A DNA stretch of 63,959 nt, filler included, from a bacterium (GTDB taxonomy: Bacteria > JALSQH01): the NCBI GenBank assembly GCA_027004335.1. It is 11 parts of 11 records of this genome, joined end to end, with 100 filler letters (N's around TTAATTAATTAA, not from the genome) between each part and the next. Parts side by side here need not be neighbours in the genome. Positions count along the whole stretch, not along the records: positions 1 to 10,240 come from JALTID010000120.1; 10 more parts are not named here. The stretch is one strand, 5' to 3'. Below the pieces are notes generated by a model. That model ran no database searches. It worked only from the letters and a program-made list of their open reading frames with translations, and had not been told where the DNA came from. The position numbers and the translations under genes were made by a program. Positions within the stretch are counted from its first letter, which is position 1. Each line of letters opens with the position of its first letter. Below are positions 1 through 10,340 of the stretch, piece after piece.

Positions 1-797
1 TTGGTTCCCCTGTCTGGTTGGCAGGGGTGGATGTGGGCTATGTTTCTGACATAATTTTTCCATCAAATCTTAAATCTAAGAATCTGATAGTTGTAATGAA
101 AATTAGAGAAAGATACAGAAAATACATACGAAACGATTCAAAGGCATTTATTGAAACAAAGGGACTTTTAGGGAATAAAATCATAACATTAACTCTCGGA
201 AGTGAAAGTGGAAGAGCCCTCAAAAATGGGGAATTCATCCTCTCTGTTCCTCCACTTGATATAACCGAATTTGTCTCAGGTGCTACAGCATCTCTTAGAA
301 ATTTAGAGATGATAATAGAAGATCTGAAAAGTATCGGAGAAGTGATCAGAGAGGGGAAAGGGAGTCTTGGCCTTCTTGTAAATAACAAAACTCTATATAA
401 TCAACTGGTAAGTATCGTTTCAAAGCTTAACTCTTTTGTTAATCTTCTTAACAAAAAAAATTCCAGCATGGGAAAACTTTTAAATAGCTCGGAGCTTTAC
501 GATAATGTAAATAATGTGATATTATCCGCCTCAAAGGGAAAAGGAACAGTGAGCAAGCTATTGCACGATCCTTCACCCTTTGTTAAAATAAATTCAATTC
601 TTGATAGAGTGGATAGAATTATGGCCGCAATTGAAAAGGGACAGGGAAGCGCAGGAAAAATTGTCAAAGATAAAAAACTCTACAATCAATTGCTTAAGAC
701 TCTGGATAAGACAAGCAAGACCCTGAAAGAAATACAATCTCTTATAAAGGATATGAAAACCAATCCTCAAAAATATATTAGAGTGAAGGTATTCTAA
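1..797 (+). CDS. MCE/MlaD-family lipid transport protein, 5' truncated
   Basis: G.PV..AGV.VG.V MCE start, TKGLLGNK motif, helical repeats G.G.LG.L..D..LY. Confidence 0.85.
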   Translation, partial: GSPVWLAGVDVGYVSDIIFPSNLKSKNLIVVMKIRERYRKYIRNDSKAFIETKGLLGNKIITLTLGSESGRALKNGEFILSVPPLDITEFVSGATASLRNLEMIIEDLKSIGEVIREGKGSLGLLVNNKTLYNQLVSIVSKLNSFVNLLNKKNSSMGKLLNSSELYDNVNNVILSASKGKGTVSKLLHDPSPFVKINSILDRVDRIMAAIEKGQGSAGKIVKDKKLYNQLLKTLDKTSKTLKEIQSLIKDMKTNPQKYIRVKVF

Positions 798-800
798 AAA

Positions 801-1055
801 ATGGGTAAAAAGAATTTTAAAAATGTCCCAATAGCTCCAAATACACTTTTAAAAGATCTTTTTCGCGCATATCCATCAGTCAAGGAAGTTTTTCTTGAAT
901 TCCATATGGATTGTCTCCATTGCAAGGGGTTGAATTATGAAACTATCAGGCATGCAGCAGAAAATCATGGAATAAGGTTAAAAGAGCTTATGGACGAAAT
1001 AAAAAAGAAACTCAACTTAGAAGGAGGAGAGCAGAATAAATCTGAAGGATCTTGA
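801..1055 (+). CDS. DUF1858 / HCP-associated redox domain protein
   Basis: YP...EVF..FHMDCLHC..ETI..AA..HGI pattern. Confidence 0.75.
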   Translation: MGKKNFKNVPIAPNTLLKDLFRAYPSVKEVFLEFHMDCLHCKGLNYETIRHAAENHGIRLKELMDEIKKKLNLEGGEQNKSEGS

Positions 1056-3378
1056 AAAACCCCTCCTCTTCATCAAAGAAAATCCAGACAAAGTAAATAA
1101 CATCAAAGGCCTTCACTACTATTACAAAAATATTTCTCAGAAAGTTAAAAACCCTCAGGAGAGGATTTTGGCTTATCACCTCTCCAGACTCTTTGAGAAA
1201 TATGATGTAGCCGATAAGGATATAAAGCTAAAAATTGTAAAAGAGGCGATCCTCTCAATAGAAGAAAAAAAAAAAAAAGAAGAAAGCTGGAAGGAAAAAT
1301 TAAAGTTTGTTCAATTCCTCTTTGAAGAGATATCCATTTCAGATAAAAGGATCTCCCGATATTTTAAAAAGCAGGGGATCAAAACTGTCAGAGATCTTCT
1401 ACTTTTTCTTCCACAAAAATATATAGATAGAAGAAAATTCGTATCCATCTTCAATGCAAGGATCAATGAGGAATGCGTAATCCGGGGAAGAGTAGCTTCC
1501 CAAGGGGAAATCAAAACCTCTGGAGGGAAAAGACTCTATCAGGCAATAATAAAAGATAAAACTGGGGCTATGAAACTCCTCTGGTTTAATTTTAACAGAA
1601 ACTATCCTTCCTCACTTCTTAAAAAAGGAGAAGAGGTAACAGTAGCAGGTAAAGTCGTCTTTGATCACTTCTCAGGAGCTAAGAGTATAATTCATCCAGA
1701 TATTCTTCATGATGAAGATTTTTCACCTGGCATCATTGCCCTATATCCATCAGAAAGATTTCTTTCTCAAAAAAAAATCAGGGAAACAATCGGTAATCTT
1801 ATTGAGAAGATAAACTTGAAAGAATATCTGCCAGATTCAGTAACGGAAAAAGTAGATACTCCTAATTTTCGGGATTCTCTCTTAAATTTACATCTTCCAC
1901 CATCTAATCTTAACTTTGCACAATTAAAAAATGGAGAAACTCCTTTTCATCTTAGGCTAAAATTTGCAGAGTTTTTTCCCTTTCAACTGGCCCTCGTTTA
2001 TAAAAGAGAAAAAAACAAGCATGAAAGGGGGATACAATTCAAATTCACAGGACATCTAAAAAAAAGACTCCTATCCTCACTCCCCTTTGAGCTCACAGCA
2101 GCGCAGAGAAGAGTAATAGGGGAGATTGAGAAAGATCTTTCATCTCACTACCCTATGAACAGACTTCTTCAGGGTGATGTGGGAAGCGGGAAAACTCTGG
2201 TGGCTGCTGCCACAGCCCTAAATGTGGTGGAAGCGGGATACCAGGTAACAATGATGGCACCAACAGAGATCCTTGCAGAGCAACACTATTTTAATGTGAA
2301 AAACTTTTTAGATGAATTAGATGTAGGGGTAACTCTTCTCACAGGAAGTATAACAGGGAGAAAAAGAGAAAGTATTCTATACGCAATAATGTCAGGTAAA
2401 GCACAAATAGTTATAGGGACTCATGCTCTTTTTCAGGAGGATGTGAAATTCCATAGATTGGGTTATGTAATAATAGATGAGCAGCACAGATTTGGGGTAA
2501 TCCAGAGGAGAGAGCTTGTAAAAAAGGGGATAAATCCCGATGTTCTGGTTATGACTGCAACACCTATTCCAAGAACCCTAGCCATGACAACTTATGGGGA
2601 CCTGGATATTTCCATTCTGGATGAAATGCCTCCGGATAGGAAAGAAATCACCACGGTTGTTGTGGACGAAAGTAGAAGGGAATATATATATCACAGGATC
2701 AATGAGGTTCTTAGCAAAGGTGAACAGATATATTTTGTCTTCCCTCTGATTGAAAAATCAGAAAAGATGGACCTTAAAAATGCTGTAGAAGGTTACGAAA
2801 AGCTGAAAGATCTTTTCTCAAATTTTCGAGTCAGCCTTCTCCATGGGAGAATGAGACCCGATGAAAAGGAAGAAATAATGAGAAAATTCAAAAACGGCGA
2901 GATTGATATACTTGTCAGCACGACTGTGATAGAGGTAGGTGTGGATGTCCCCAATGCGACAGTAATGGTGATAGAGCATGCAGAAAGATTCGGACTCGCC
3001 CAATTACATCAGCTAAGAGGAAGAGTGGGGAGGGGAAGGAAAGAGTCTTTCTGTTTTCTGGTTGCTGGAAAAGAAGCTGGTTCGGTAGCATTCAGGAGGC
3101 TCAGAGTTCTTGAAAAAACCACAGACGGATTTAAGATAGCAGAAGAAGACCTGAAGATAAGAGGGCCCGGAGAGATTCTTGGCACTAAGCAATCAGGGGA
3201 ACAGGAGCTCTCTTACTCAGATATAATAAAATACAGGAGGCTCCTTGAGATCGCGAGGGAATCTGCTGAATCTATTATCAAAGCTGACCCAACGCTAAAA
3301 TTCAAAGAGAACCAGGCCATCAGATACGAGATGCTAAGACTCTGGGGGAAAAGACTGGATCTCGGGAAAATTGCTTAG
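1036..3378 (+). CDS. recG: ATP-dependent DNA helicase RecG; probable start upstream of track ORF at 1168
   Basis: RLLQGDVGSGKT, DEQHRFG, MTATPIPRTL, QLRGRVGRG, RGPGE; frame open from 1021 with AAGGAGG 8 nt before ATA at 1036. Confidence 0.95.
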   Translation: MNLKDLEKPLLFIKENPDKVNNIKGLHYYYKNISQKVKNPQERILAYHLSRLFEKYDVADKDIKLKIVKEAILSIEEKKKKEESWKEKLKFVQFLFEEISISDKRISRYFKKQGIKTVRDLLLFLPQKYIDRRKFVSIFNARINEECVIRGRVASQGEIKTSGGKRLYQAIIKDKTGAMKLLWFNFNRNYPSSLLKKGEEVTVAGKVVFDHFSGAKSIIHPDILHDEDFSPGIIALYPSERFLSQKKIRETIGNLIEKINLKEYLPDSVTEKVDTPNFRDSLLNLHLPPSNLNFAQLKNGETPFHLRLKFAEFFPFQLALVYKREKNKHERGIQFKFTGHLKKRLLSSLPFELTAAQRRVIGEIEKDLSSHYPMNRLLQGDVGSGKTLVAAATALNVVEAGYQVTMMAPTEILAEQHYFNVKNFLDELDVGVTLLTGSITGRKRESILYAIMSGKAQIVIGTHALFQEDVKFHRLGYVIIDEQHRFGVIQRRELVKKGINPDVLVMTATPIPRTLAMTTYGDLDISILDEMPPDRKEITTVVVDESRREYIYHRINEVLSKGEQIYFVFPLIEKSEKMDLKNAVEGYEKLKDLFSNFRVSLLHGRMRPDEKEEIMRKFKNGEIDILVSTTVIEVGVDVPNATVMVIEHAERFGLAQLHQLRGRVGRGRKESFCFLVAGKEAGSVAFRRLRVLEKTTDGFKIAEEDLKIRGPGEILGTKQSGEQELSYSDIIKYRRLLEIARESAESIIKADPTLKFKENQAIRYEMLRLWGKRLDLGKIA

Positions 3379-4022
3379 ATATTACCATTTCTTTTTAAGC
3401 TTATAAATTTTCTATCTCCAACAATTATATGATCAACTAACTGAATTCCTATAATCTCACCCGCATCTTTTACCCTTTTTGTAAAGGTAACATCAGCTTT
3501 TGAAGGGGAGGGATCACCTGAAGGATGGTTATGAGCAAGAATTATTCCACTACCTCCCTCTCTGATAGCAGGGGTAAAGATTTCTTTCGGGGTAATTACT
3601 ACACCGTTTCCTCCTCCCAGACCCAGGGTTTCAAGTTTCAAAAGCTTATTCTTAACATCAAGAATAAGCAAAAGCAATTTCTCTTTCTCCTCTTTCCAGA
3701 AATAGGGATTAACAAATTCGTATGCATCTTCGGGGGACATAATTCTTTCCCTCCCTGAGCCTTCTGAATTGATTCTCCTGCAAATTTCAAAAAGGGCTTT
3801 GATGGTTATCGCCTTGACCCTGCCTACTCCTCTCTCCGAAGATAACTCTCCAATACCTGCTTTTTTCAATCCAGTCCACCCTTCATACTTCTGGAGCAAT
3901 TTTCTGGAAGTTGTCACAACATCCTCGCCCCTTGCCCCGGTTCTTAAAATTATTGCCAGAAGTTCATAGTCGGAGAGAGCTCCTTCACCAGCCTTCAAAA
4001 ATCTTTCTCTGGGTAACTCCAT
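3375..4022 (-). CDS. radC: RadC/JAB domain protein
   Basis: PRER...GALSDYELLAIILRTG; AHNHPSGDPSPS..D JAMM motif; DHIIVG. Confidence 0.93.
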   Translation of the reverse strand: MELPRERFLKAGEGALSDYELLAIILRTGARGEDVVTTSRKLLQKYEGWTGLKKAGIGELSSERGVGRVKAITIKALFEICRRINSEGSGRERIMSPEDAYEFVNPYFWKEEKEKLLLLILDVKNKLLKLETLGLGGGNGVVITPKEIFTPAIREGGSGIILAHNHPSGDPSPSKADVTFTKRVKDAGEIIGIQLVDHIIVGDRKFISLKRNGNI

Positions 4023-4029
4023 GATGGTA

Positions 4030-4093
4030 ATTATAAGATTTCTTCCTTTTTTATCAAGCCAATTTATTGAGAAAAGTTTTTTTCTGGTATAAT
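4030..4093. promoter_or_regulatory. Divergent sigma70-type promoters for radC and the J-domain gene
   Basis: Minus: TTGATA(4057-4052)-16-TATAAT(4035-4030); plus: TGgTATAAT at 4085-4093. Confidence 0.6.
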
Positions 4094-4101
4094 TGAGTAA
4101 T

Positions 4102-4404
4102 ATGAAATATGAAGAAGTAAAACAGGCTCTACAAACTCTCGGATTAAAGGGTGATGTAACATTCAAATTTATAAAAAAGAGATTCAGGGAATTGAGCAAA
4201 AAATATCACCCCGATCTCTGCGAAGAACCATCAGAGCAGTGCGCAGAAAAAATACAGGAGCTAAAAGAGGCTTACGAAATTCTTGAAGAGTACTGCACCA
4301 ATTTCAAGTTTAAATTCACTCCGGAAGAATTTTACTCACAGAATCCTGAGGAATTAGTTAAAGATCACTTCTACGGATCCGGCCCCTGGGGCAGAAAGGA
4401 TTAA
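4102..4404 (+). CDS. Small J-domain (DnaJ-like) protein
   Basis: IKKRFRELSKKYHPD ... LKEAYEIL. Confidence 0.85.
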   Translation: MKYEEVKQALQTLGLKGDVTFKFIKKRFRELSKKYHPDLCEEPSEQCAEKIQELKEAYEILEEYCTNFKFKFTPEEFYSQNPEELVKDHFYGSGPWGRKD

Positions 4405-4766
4405 AATCTCTTCTCTCCAGTGAGGAACCAGTTACCATTTTTGAATTCCCATGTCTGACGAACCAGTTCCTTTTTAACAACATTATTATCTGTGAAATAA
4501 TACTCTCTTCTTAAAATAACCTCTGCTTTTTTACCATTTGGGAGGAGATTGACCTTGATAACTTTTATATTAACAAATCTCCTATTAGATGAAAACTTCT
4601 CTATCACAGGCAAGAAATTCTCATCCACCATTTTTTCAGCATCATCGTACTTCTGCCAGATAAGAAACCTGTTATACAACTCTATTCTGGCAGACAAAAT
4701 TCTTGGGTCGGGTTTCACATTCTGCCTGCAGGAAATTATAAAAAAAAGGGGGGCAACGCCCCCCAT
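4401..4766 (-). CDS. Putative lipoprotein; start uncertain next to N gap
   Basis: LFFIISC lipobox-like segment followed by ~110 aa open frame. Confidence 0.55.
   Translation of the reverse strand: MGGVAPLFFIISCRQNVKPDPRILSARIELYNRFLIWQKYDDAEKMVDENFLPVIEKFSSNRRFVNIKVIKVNLLPNGKKAEVILRREYYFTDNNVVKKELVRQTWEFKNGNWFLTGEKRF
4740..4764 (-). terminator. Possible intrinsic terminator
   Basis: Minus strand GGGGGGC-GTT-GCCCCCC followed by T8; overlaps 5' end of next ORF. Confidence 0.5.
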
Positions 4767-4784
4767 GATAATAANNNNNNNNNN

Positions 4785-6513
4785 CAATATTAATATAATA
4801 CTGGATCAGAGCATTTAAATTATAAAGATTGGCAGGCTGAGGACCATAACCTAACAGATCAGGATTGTCAAAGTTAGCTCCTGGTGGCATGTGATCAGAA
4901 TCAAAATTCAAATAAAGCATGTTATTAAAAGAAGGATCCTGAAAAGCTATATATATTGACTTAGATTTAATTCCATCAGCAGGTATTTTAATAATAGTTG
5001 GAAATCCCGGATAACTAAAGGAAAAATGAGGTAGATCCTCAGGATTATTACAAGGAAAGAGAATATCCCCTATTCCTGCATCCTTGGAAACATCAGTAAG
5101 AGCTCTCAAATAGAAAGGGTCATCGGCGGAGCGATTATTATTGGGACACTCTTTCTCAAGAACAAAGAAATTCTCCTCCCACTTAGAGCTTGTATCCCAT
5201 GCGGGGAAGAAGCCCCTTAAACCTTTTGGAGGAGGATTCTCAAAGAAATTACCAAGGTCAAGAGCTATTGGATCCCCAAGACCCAGGTTATTCTTTAATC
5301 CCTCTGGAGTATTTAATTGAGAAGCTTCTATTAAACTAGCCGTATCTTCTGGTAATAAACCTTTTATTGAATCGATAAGTACAGGGAGTATTTCTGTAAT
5401 AAGATAAATCTTCACATCCTTCCCATTAGTATAATCAAGAGATTCCTGAATCTTCTTCAGGACACATGCTGTACCTGCTTTGTTTAACATTTCAATTGGT
5501 TTCTTCTTGCCATCTTTATCAAGAATTATGTTAATTACTGTTTTTCCTGTTACTGTCGTTGCAGGAAGAGCACATACATCCACATTCTTCATATTTACCC
5601 TTGATTCATAGGAACAATAGGGACCACCTTCACCTTTTTTGCACTCAGCCCCATCTGGTTTTGTAGGATAAAATGCAAGAATATCATCATCCTGATTATC
5701 AGTTTCAATGCTGGAGAAATAGAAGGCATACATAATATACTGAACTGCTGTTGCAAGATCAAGGCCTGCTTCCTTCCACCTTGCCTCACCTTCATCAGGA
5801 TCAAGGCCAAGAAAATTGGGATACTGTTGGTCATTGAAAAGATATACAATCACATTCATAATCTTACTGACGGAGAGGTTGTCCATACCTATCTGAGTGA
5901 TTTTATCATAGGCTCCCAGGTAATTTCCTCTAAGATCAATAGAAAGAGTAAAACTTAAAATGCCCATCAGAGCTTTGGAAAGACCATCAAGCAGAAAAGC
6001 ATCTGCTCTATCCCATTCTCCCTGAAGGTCAAGAGTAGGTGTGGTAGAGGCAGATAAATAAACGGGGGTGCTCTTACTGAGAATGAATTCAAAATTAGGA
6101 TCCGCAATAGCAAAAAACAGATGACCATCAATATCCTTAAATTTGTCATATAGGTCCTTTAAAAGATCATGGAGAACATCTCTTACAAAAATATTTTCAT
6201 CCTCAGCCATACTGCTGAGAGAACCTGTGAGTCCACTTACGGTTCTGATAAGATCTGCAAATCCTAAAAGTTCTGAAAGCGCATAACCGAAATTTGCCTG
6301 AGAATTATTGGGATCATAGTTTGTAAGAACATATCCAAATTTCGCCTTGGCTGCTGAATACTGCCCCTCATAAAGATAATTTTTAGCAGAAGAGATTTGT
6401 TGACTAATCACCTTCTGCTGATCAGAAGGCTGGTCTCCTGAGGAACAACTGGAAATTATTAGAGCTAAAAAAGCAAAGAGAGCAATAACTAGAAAAACTC
6501 CTCTTTTTCTCAT
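4785..6513 (-). CDS. Large uncharacterised lipoprotein with N-terminal TPR-like segment; 3' end obscured by 10-N gap
   Basis: Signal peptide ending IISSC; A..YLYEGQY..A..KF...L..DPNNSQANFG TPR pattern. Confidence 0.7.
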
Positions 6514-6545
6514 AATGCATAACCTCCACTTTTACATTTTGATAT

Positions 6546-6590
6546 ATATTAGAGAAAAAATTGACAGGTGTCAAGTCTTAGAGGTATTAT
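6546..6590. promoter_or_regulatory. Overlapping divergent promoters sharing palindrome TTGACAggTGTCAA
   Basis: Plus TTGACA(6561)-18-TATTAT; minus TTGACA(6574)-17-TAATAT. Confidence 0.55.
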
Positions 6591-6658
6591 ATTTTAAATC
6601 TTTTAAAATTGGGGTTTATGATGTATAATTTTCTCAAAAAATTAATGGAGGAAAAAAA

Positions 6659-7273
6659 ATGAAATTTAAAAATCTTGTAGTGCTAATCCTTCTAGTAGGT
6701 TGGACAGGGGTAATTTTATCAGATGAAATACCCAAATTTACTCCTGAACAATGGGAAAAATTAGAAAAGGGCAAAATTATCCTTACAAACGAATTAAAAA
6801 AGACCGATGATGGAGAAGAACATGCTCTTATCGGTGCTTATTTAATTTTCAATCAACCAATAACTACAGCCTGGAGCCTGATGGAGCATCCAGAATGGCA
6901 GGAGAGATATTTACCTGACCTTAGGTACTCCAAGCTTATATGGAGAAAAGGAAACCAGATAAATGTAGAATTTATGGTAAAAATACTCTTTTTTAAACTC
7001 TACTACAGGGTCATACATACATACTATCCTGATAAATATTTTTTCAGATGGTCCCTTGATCCCAAGTATAACAATGATCTCAAATATCTCTATGGAGAAT
7101 GGCATCTTTTCCCCCTTAAGAATGGGAAAACCCTCGCAAAATACTTAGCTGTGGTTCATGCAAGTTTCCTGATCCCATCTTTTATTGAAAGAAAATTGAT
7201 GAAAGACAATGTACCAAAAAATATGAAAGCTTTTCAGAAATGGATTAACTCCGGAGGGAAATACCACAAATAA
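6659..7273 (+). CDS. Secreted SRPBCC/START-like (polyketide cyclase fold) protein
   Basis: Signal peptide; W.L....W..YLPDL..S, GEWHL.P...GKTL..Y pattern. Confidence 0.7.
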   Translation: MKFKNLVVLILLVGWTGVILSDEIPKFTPEQWEKLEKGKIILTNELKKTDDGEEHALIGAYLIFNQPITTAWSLMEHPEWQERYLPDLRYSKLIWRKGNQINVEFMVKILFFKLYYRVIHTYYPDKYFFRWSLDPKYNNDLKYLYGEWHLFPLKNGKTLAKYLAVVHASFLIPSFIERKLMKDNVPKNMKAFQKWINSGGKYHK

Positions 7274-7644
7274 TGATCCTTGGAGTAGGAATTGACCTTG
7301 TAAAAACTGAGAGGATAGAAATTCTTTTAAATAAATACGGTGAAAAATTTATTAGGAAAGTCCTCACTGAAGAGGAGATAACTCATCTATCCTCCCTGGG
7401 TGCAGAATCAATTGCTGGAAGATGGGCACTGAAAGAAGCTTTCTGGAAAGCACTAAACCTCACCTTCTTTTTTTCTCCTCTGGAAGTAGGTTTTTTTTCT
7501 GGAAAGAAAAATGAGGTAAAGGTATACTCAATAAAAATAGAGAGAGTTATGAAAGCAAAAGGGGTTAAAAACATCCTTTTTTCTCTCTCTCATGAACGGG
7601 AAATGGTGGCGGGTATCGTAATTCTTGAAGGAGGCAAAAAATGA
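7273..7644 (+). CDS. acpS: Holo-ACP synthase
   Basis: GVGIDLV, AGRWALKEAF.KAL, SLSHE. Confidence 0.95.
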   Translation: MILGVGIDLVKTERIEILLNKYGEKFIRKVLTEEEITHLSSLGAESIAGRWALKEAFWKALNLTFFFSPLEVGFFSGKKNEVKVYSIKIERVMKAKGVKNILFSLSHEREMVAGIVILEGGKK

Positions 7645-9170
7645 TTCTTGCAATACCTCAGAGAGTAAGAGAAATGGACAAAATTACCATAGAAGGAATG
7701 GGTATCCCAGGCGTTGTTCTAATGGAAAATGCTGGAGGGGGGACTGCAAGACTCCTTATGGAAAGGTATATCCAGAAGCAGGAGAAGGTCCTTGTTATTG
7801 TTGGGAAGGGTAATAATGGAGGAGATGGATGCGTAATTACAAGATACCTCTTCAATAATGGGTATGATATTCAAGTTGCAATTGTTGGAGAGGAAGATGA
7901 TCTAAAAGGCCATGCAGGGATCAACTTTCAAGTTATAAGAAATTTCGGTGTCCCAATTGAAGTTTTACACGGGAAGGTGGAAAAACTTCCCGGCTTGATC
8001 AGCGGTGCAGATGTAATAATTGATGCGCTTCTTGGTACAGGATTTAAACCTCCACTATCGGAAAATTATAGAAGAATTATTGAAGAAATTAACAATTCCG
8101 GTAAGAGGGTCTTTGCTGTAGATGTTCCATCTGGATTAGATGCTTTTACTGGGAAACCTGGGGATATTGCTGTAAAAGCAGAAGCAACATTCACAATGGG
8201 ACTTGGAAAGGTAGGACTTTTTTCATATCCCGGGGCAGCTTATACAGGTAGAGTATATGTGATTGATATATCTTTTCCAAGACACATTGCTTTTAAGGAT
8301 CCTCAATATTTTTACCTTGATTCTGCATGCGATATATTAAAATTGCCGGCAAGAGCTGCTGATGCACATAAAGGGAAATTTGGTCATCTTATTGTAATCG
8401 GTGGATCAACGGGGAAAACTGGAGCGGTACTTATGGCGGGAATTTCAGCTTATAGAGTGGGCACAGGATTGGTTACCATAGCGATTGAGGAATATCTAAA
8501 AGATTATATTGAGAGCAAACCTTACGAGGTAATGTTATTGTATTATGGAAAAGGAAAAAATGTTGATTCTGTTGATCTCTCTCTTCTTTCCAGAGAATTA
8601 AATTCAAGAAACGCAGCGGTTATCGGCCCCGGATTGGGGAAAGACAGGAGTGCAAAAAAGATTTTTTATAATGTGCTTGAATATTCCAAAAAACCAATTC
8701 TTATAGATGCTGATGGGCTTAATATTCTTGCAGAGGATCTGGAGTTACTAAAAAATGTCTCCGTGCCGGTTATTCTCACGCCTCACCCCGGGGAAATGGC
8801 GAGACTTTTAGGCGGAGTGGATACCGCTGAAATTCAGGAAAACAGAGTAACTGTGGCTCTTGACTTCGCACAGGAACATGAAGTACATCTCGTTTTAAAA
8901 GGGGCAAGAACCCTCATTGCAACACCAGAGGGGAAGCTCTACATAAGTCCCTTTGAAAATCCTGCAATGGCAACCGGAGGAATGGGAGACATCCTTTCAG
9001 GGATAATCGGGGGTTTCCTTGCTCAGGGATTTTCACCGGAAAAGGCAGCTGTGATGGGAGTGTATTTTCATGGGCTCGCAGCTGAAAGGGTCACAAGAGG
9101 GCCTGGACTTATAGCTACGGATCTGCTTGAGACTATCCCAGCTATTCTTTCAGAATTTACTACGGAATGA
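7641..9170 (+). CDS. nnr: Bifunctional NAD(P)H-hydrate epimerase/dehydratase
   Basis: LMENAG, GKGNNGGDG, DVPSG, HKG.FG, TPHPGEM, ATGGMGD. Confidence 0.95.
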   Translation: MILAIPQRVREMDKITIEGMGIPGVVLMENAGGGTARLLMERYIQKQEKVLVIVGKGNNGGDGCVITRYLFNNGYDIQVAIVGEEDDLKGHAGINFQVIRNFGVPIEVLHGKVEKLPGLISGADVIIDALLGTGFKPPLSENYRRIIEEINNSGKRVFAVDVPSGLDAFTGKPGDIAVKAEATFTMGLGKVGLFSYPGAAYTGRVYVIDISFPRHIAFKDPQYFYLDSACDILKLPARAADAHKGKFGHLIVIGGSTGKTGAVLMAGISAYRVGTGLVTIAIEEYLKDYIESKPYEVMLLYYGKGKNVDSVDLSLLSRELNSRNAAVIGPGLGKDRSAKKIFYNVLEYSKKPILIDADGLNILAEDLELLKNVSVPVILTPHPGEMARLLGGVDTAEIQENRVTVALDFAQEHEVHLVLKGARTLIATPEGKLYISPFENPAMATGGMGDILSGIIGGFLAQGFSPEKAAVMGVYFHGLAAERVTRGPGLIATDLLETIPAILSEFTTE

Positions 9171-9607
9171 AAATAATATCTCATAGTGAAGAAGAAACAA
9201 TTTCTGCCGGAGAAGAGATAGCAAAAAAGCTTTCTGCAGGAGATGTTATTCTCCTTACAGGAGATTTAGGAGCAGGAAAAACAAGATTTGTTCGGGGGAT
9301 CGCGAAGAGCATGGGGATCAAAAACTGGGAAAGGGTAAGAAGTCCTACCTTTACTTTTCGCCAGACATATTATGGGGAATCCCCCCTATATCACTTTGAT
9401 TTCTATAGAATAAAAGACATTGATGATCTTTCAACAATTGGCATTGATCCAGAAGAATTGGTAGATGGTGTAACCGCTATAGAGAGGGGTGAAAAGTTTT
9501 TAAAATTACTGGAAAATTTTTTTGAGAAAAAAATTTATATTATTAAAATAAAGATTTTGAGCGAAGGCACAAGGGAGATAGAAATTAATCAAGCTGGAGG
9601 TGAATAA
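9167..9607 (+). CDS. tsaE: t6A biosynthesis ATPase TsaE
   Basis: [18 protein letters not shown]. Confidence 0.93.
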   Translation: MKIISHSEEETISAGEEIAKKLSAGDVILLTGDLGAGKTRFVRGIAKSMGIKNWERVRSPTFTFRQTYYGESPLYHFDFYRIKDIDDLSTIGIDPEELVDGVTAIERGEKFLKLLENFFEKKIYIIKIKILSEGTREIEINQAGGE

Positions 9608-10240
9608 TGTTAATCGTTCAAAAGTATGGTGGTACCTCAGTTGGTTCTCTGGACAGGATCAAAAATGTAGCCAGAAGAATAGCAAAAACCAAAGATGAGG
9701 GGAATGATGTCGTTGTCACAGTTTCCGCAATGGCGGGAGAAACAAACAGACTGGTGGATTTAGTTTATGGATTATCAGAAGATCCAAATCCCAGAGAGTA
9801 TGATCAAGTTGTAAGCACTGGTGAACAGGTCAGTATAGGACTGGTATCTATCGCCCTGCAGGAGATGGGCTATGATGCCATTTCTCTTACTGGCTGGCAG
9901 GTTGGAATGAAAACAGATTCAGCCCATATGAAAGCAAGAATTCTGGAAATTGACACCGAGAGGATAAAAAGATACTTATCTGAAGGCAAGATTGTAATTG
10001 TTGCAGGCTTCCAGGGAATAAATGAAAATGGCAATATAACCACTCTTGGTAGGGGTGGCTCAGATACCACAGCTGTGGCTATTGCAGCTGCTCTTAAAGC
10101 TGATCTCTGTGAAATCTACACAGATGTTGAAGGAGTTTACACAGCAGACCCCAGGATAGTGGAAAAAGCAAGGAAACTCAGCAAGATCTCTTACGAGGAG
10201 ATGCTTGAGATGGCAAGTCTTGGAGCAAAAGTCCTTCAGA
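9607..10240 (+). CDS. lysC: Aspartate kinase, 3' truncated
   Basis: [34 protein letters not shown]. Confidence 0.95.
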
Positions 10241-10340
10241 NNNNNNNNNNNNNNNNNNNNNNNNNNNNNNNNNNNNNNNNNNNNTTAATTAATTAANNNN
10301 NNNNNNNNNNNNNNNNNNNNNNNNNNNNNNNNNNNNNNNN
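10241..10340. other. Artificial contig linker
   Basis: 44 N + TTAATTAATTAA + 44 N. Confidence 0.99.

Noticed and set aside
3375-4022. radC as a mobile-element marker
   Set aside because: Full-length chromosomal type among housekeeping genes; no mobility genes nearby.
4672-4784. Track extension of the 613 aa lipoprotein through the N gap
   Set aside because: Gap length is arbitrary, so the frame beyond it is unreliable and overlaps another gene.
10285-10296. Recurring TTAATTAATTAA as a biological repeat or CRISPR
   Set aside because: Always centred in N runs and gives stops in six frames; synthetic linker.
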